IMG/VR virus record: IMGVR_UViG_3300027852_000032
Coordinates: 64,001-128,000 of that record
Reading direction: 5' to 3' (one strand)
Origin: a virus
Lineage: Duplodnaviria; Caudoviricetes
Length of the DNA: 64,000 nucleotides
The translations under genes were made by a program, and so were the position numbers. A model generated the notes under the pieces. That model worked only from the letters and a program-made list of their open reading frames with translations, had not been told where the DNA came from and ran no database searches. Below are positions 63,916 to 64,000 of the stretch, piece by piece (the stretch's first letter is position 1; each line of letters opens with the position of its first letter).

Positions 63916-64000
63916 AACTATCAAGGAGATTCCAACACTAACAAGGTGTATTATTGATAAAAAAACAATACCTAATTGGGAAGATGTTGTCGAAGGTATT
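63890..64000 (+). CDS. Hypothetical protein, 3'-truncated
   Basis: ATG after AAGGAG; frame open to the window end. Confidence 0.5.
   Translation, partial: MEIEESQIKTIKEIPTLTRCIIDKKTIPNWEDVVEGI

Overview
This window is almost entirely a large tailed dsDNA phage genome (siphovirus-type). No integrase, tRNA, CRISPR array or recognisable lysis gene was seen. Layout: (i) 1-2574 (+): a full-length SbcC/Rad50-like ATPase, 5'-truncated, and a MazG-like gene, ending at a bidirectional terminator. (ii) 2784-34500 (-): the virion operon, read right to left. It runs terS, terL, DUF1073-type portal, Mu gpF-like protein, DUF2213 protease/scaffold, decoration protein, major capsid, then a four-enzyme cassette (MptE/Maf-like, hexapeptide acyltransferase, glycosyltransferase, sulfotransferase), neck, tail tube, frameshifted tail chaperones, tape measure, and a GTA-like tail tip with an inserted 7-repeat beta-propeller. 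A signal-peptide alpha/beta hydrolase and about 8 kb of acidic orphan proteins follow. (iii) 34720-61453 (-): a self-sufficient DNA metabolism region with split SbcC, SbcD, endonuclease VII, RecA, gp32-like SSB, UvsY-like protein, clamp loader, DnaE fused to a degenerate family-4 UDG domain, beta clamp, a complete 7-deazaguanine cluster (DpdA-like, QueF, PRTase-FolE fusion, QueC, QueE, QueD), helicase, primase, SNF2 helicase and sigma factor. (iv) 61799-64000 (+): small genes including a PAPS-reductase-family protein and HU. Best candidates for new biology: the deazaguanine system (apparently circularly permuted DpdA, PRTase-FolE fusion, polymerase-fused inactive UDG), the virion glycosylation/sulfation cassette, a multi-pseudoknot RNA-like element at 62092-62227, and a ~100-nt repeat in three copies bracketing the replication genes. 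All product calls come from motif recognition by eye; no database searches were run.
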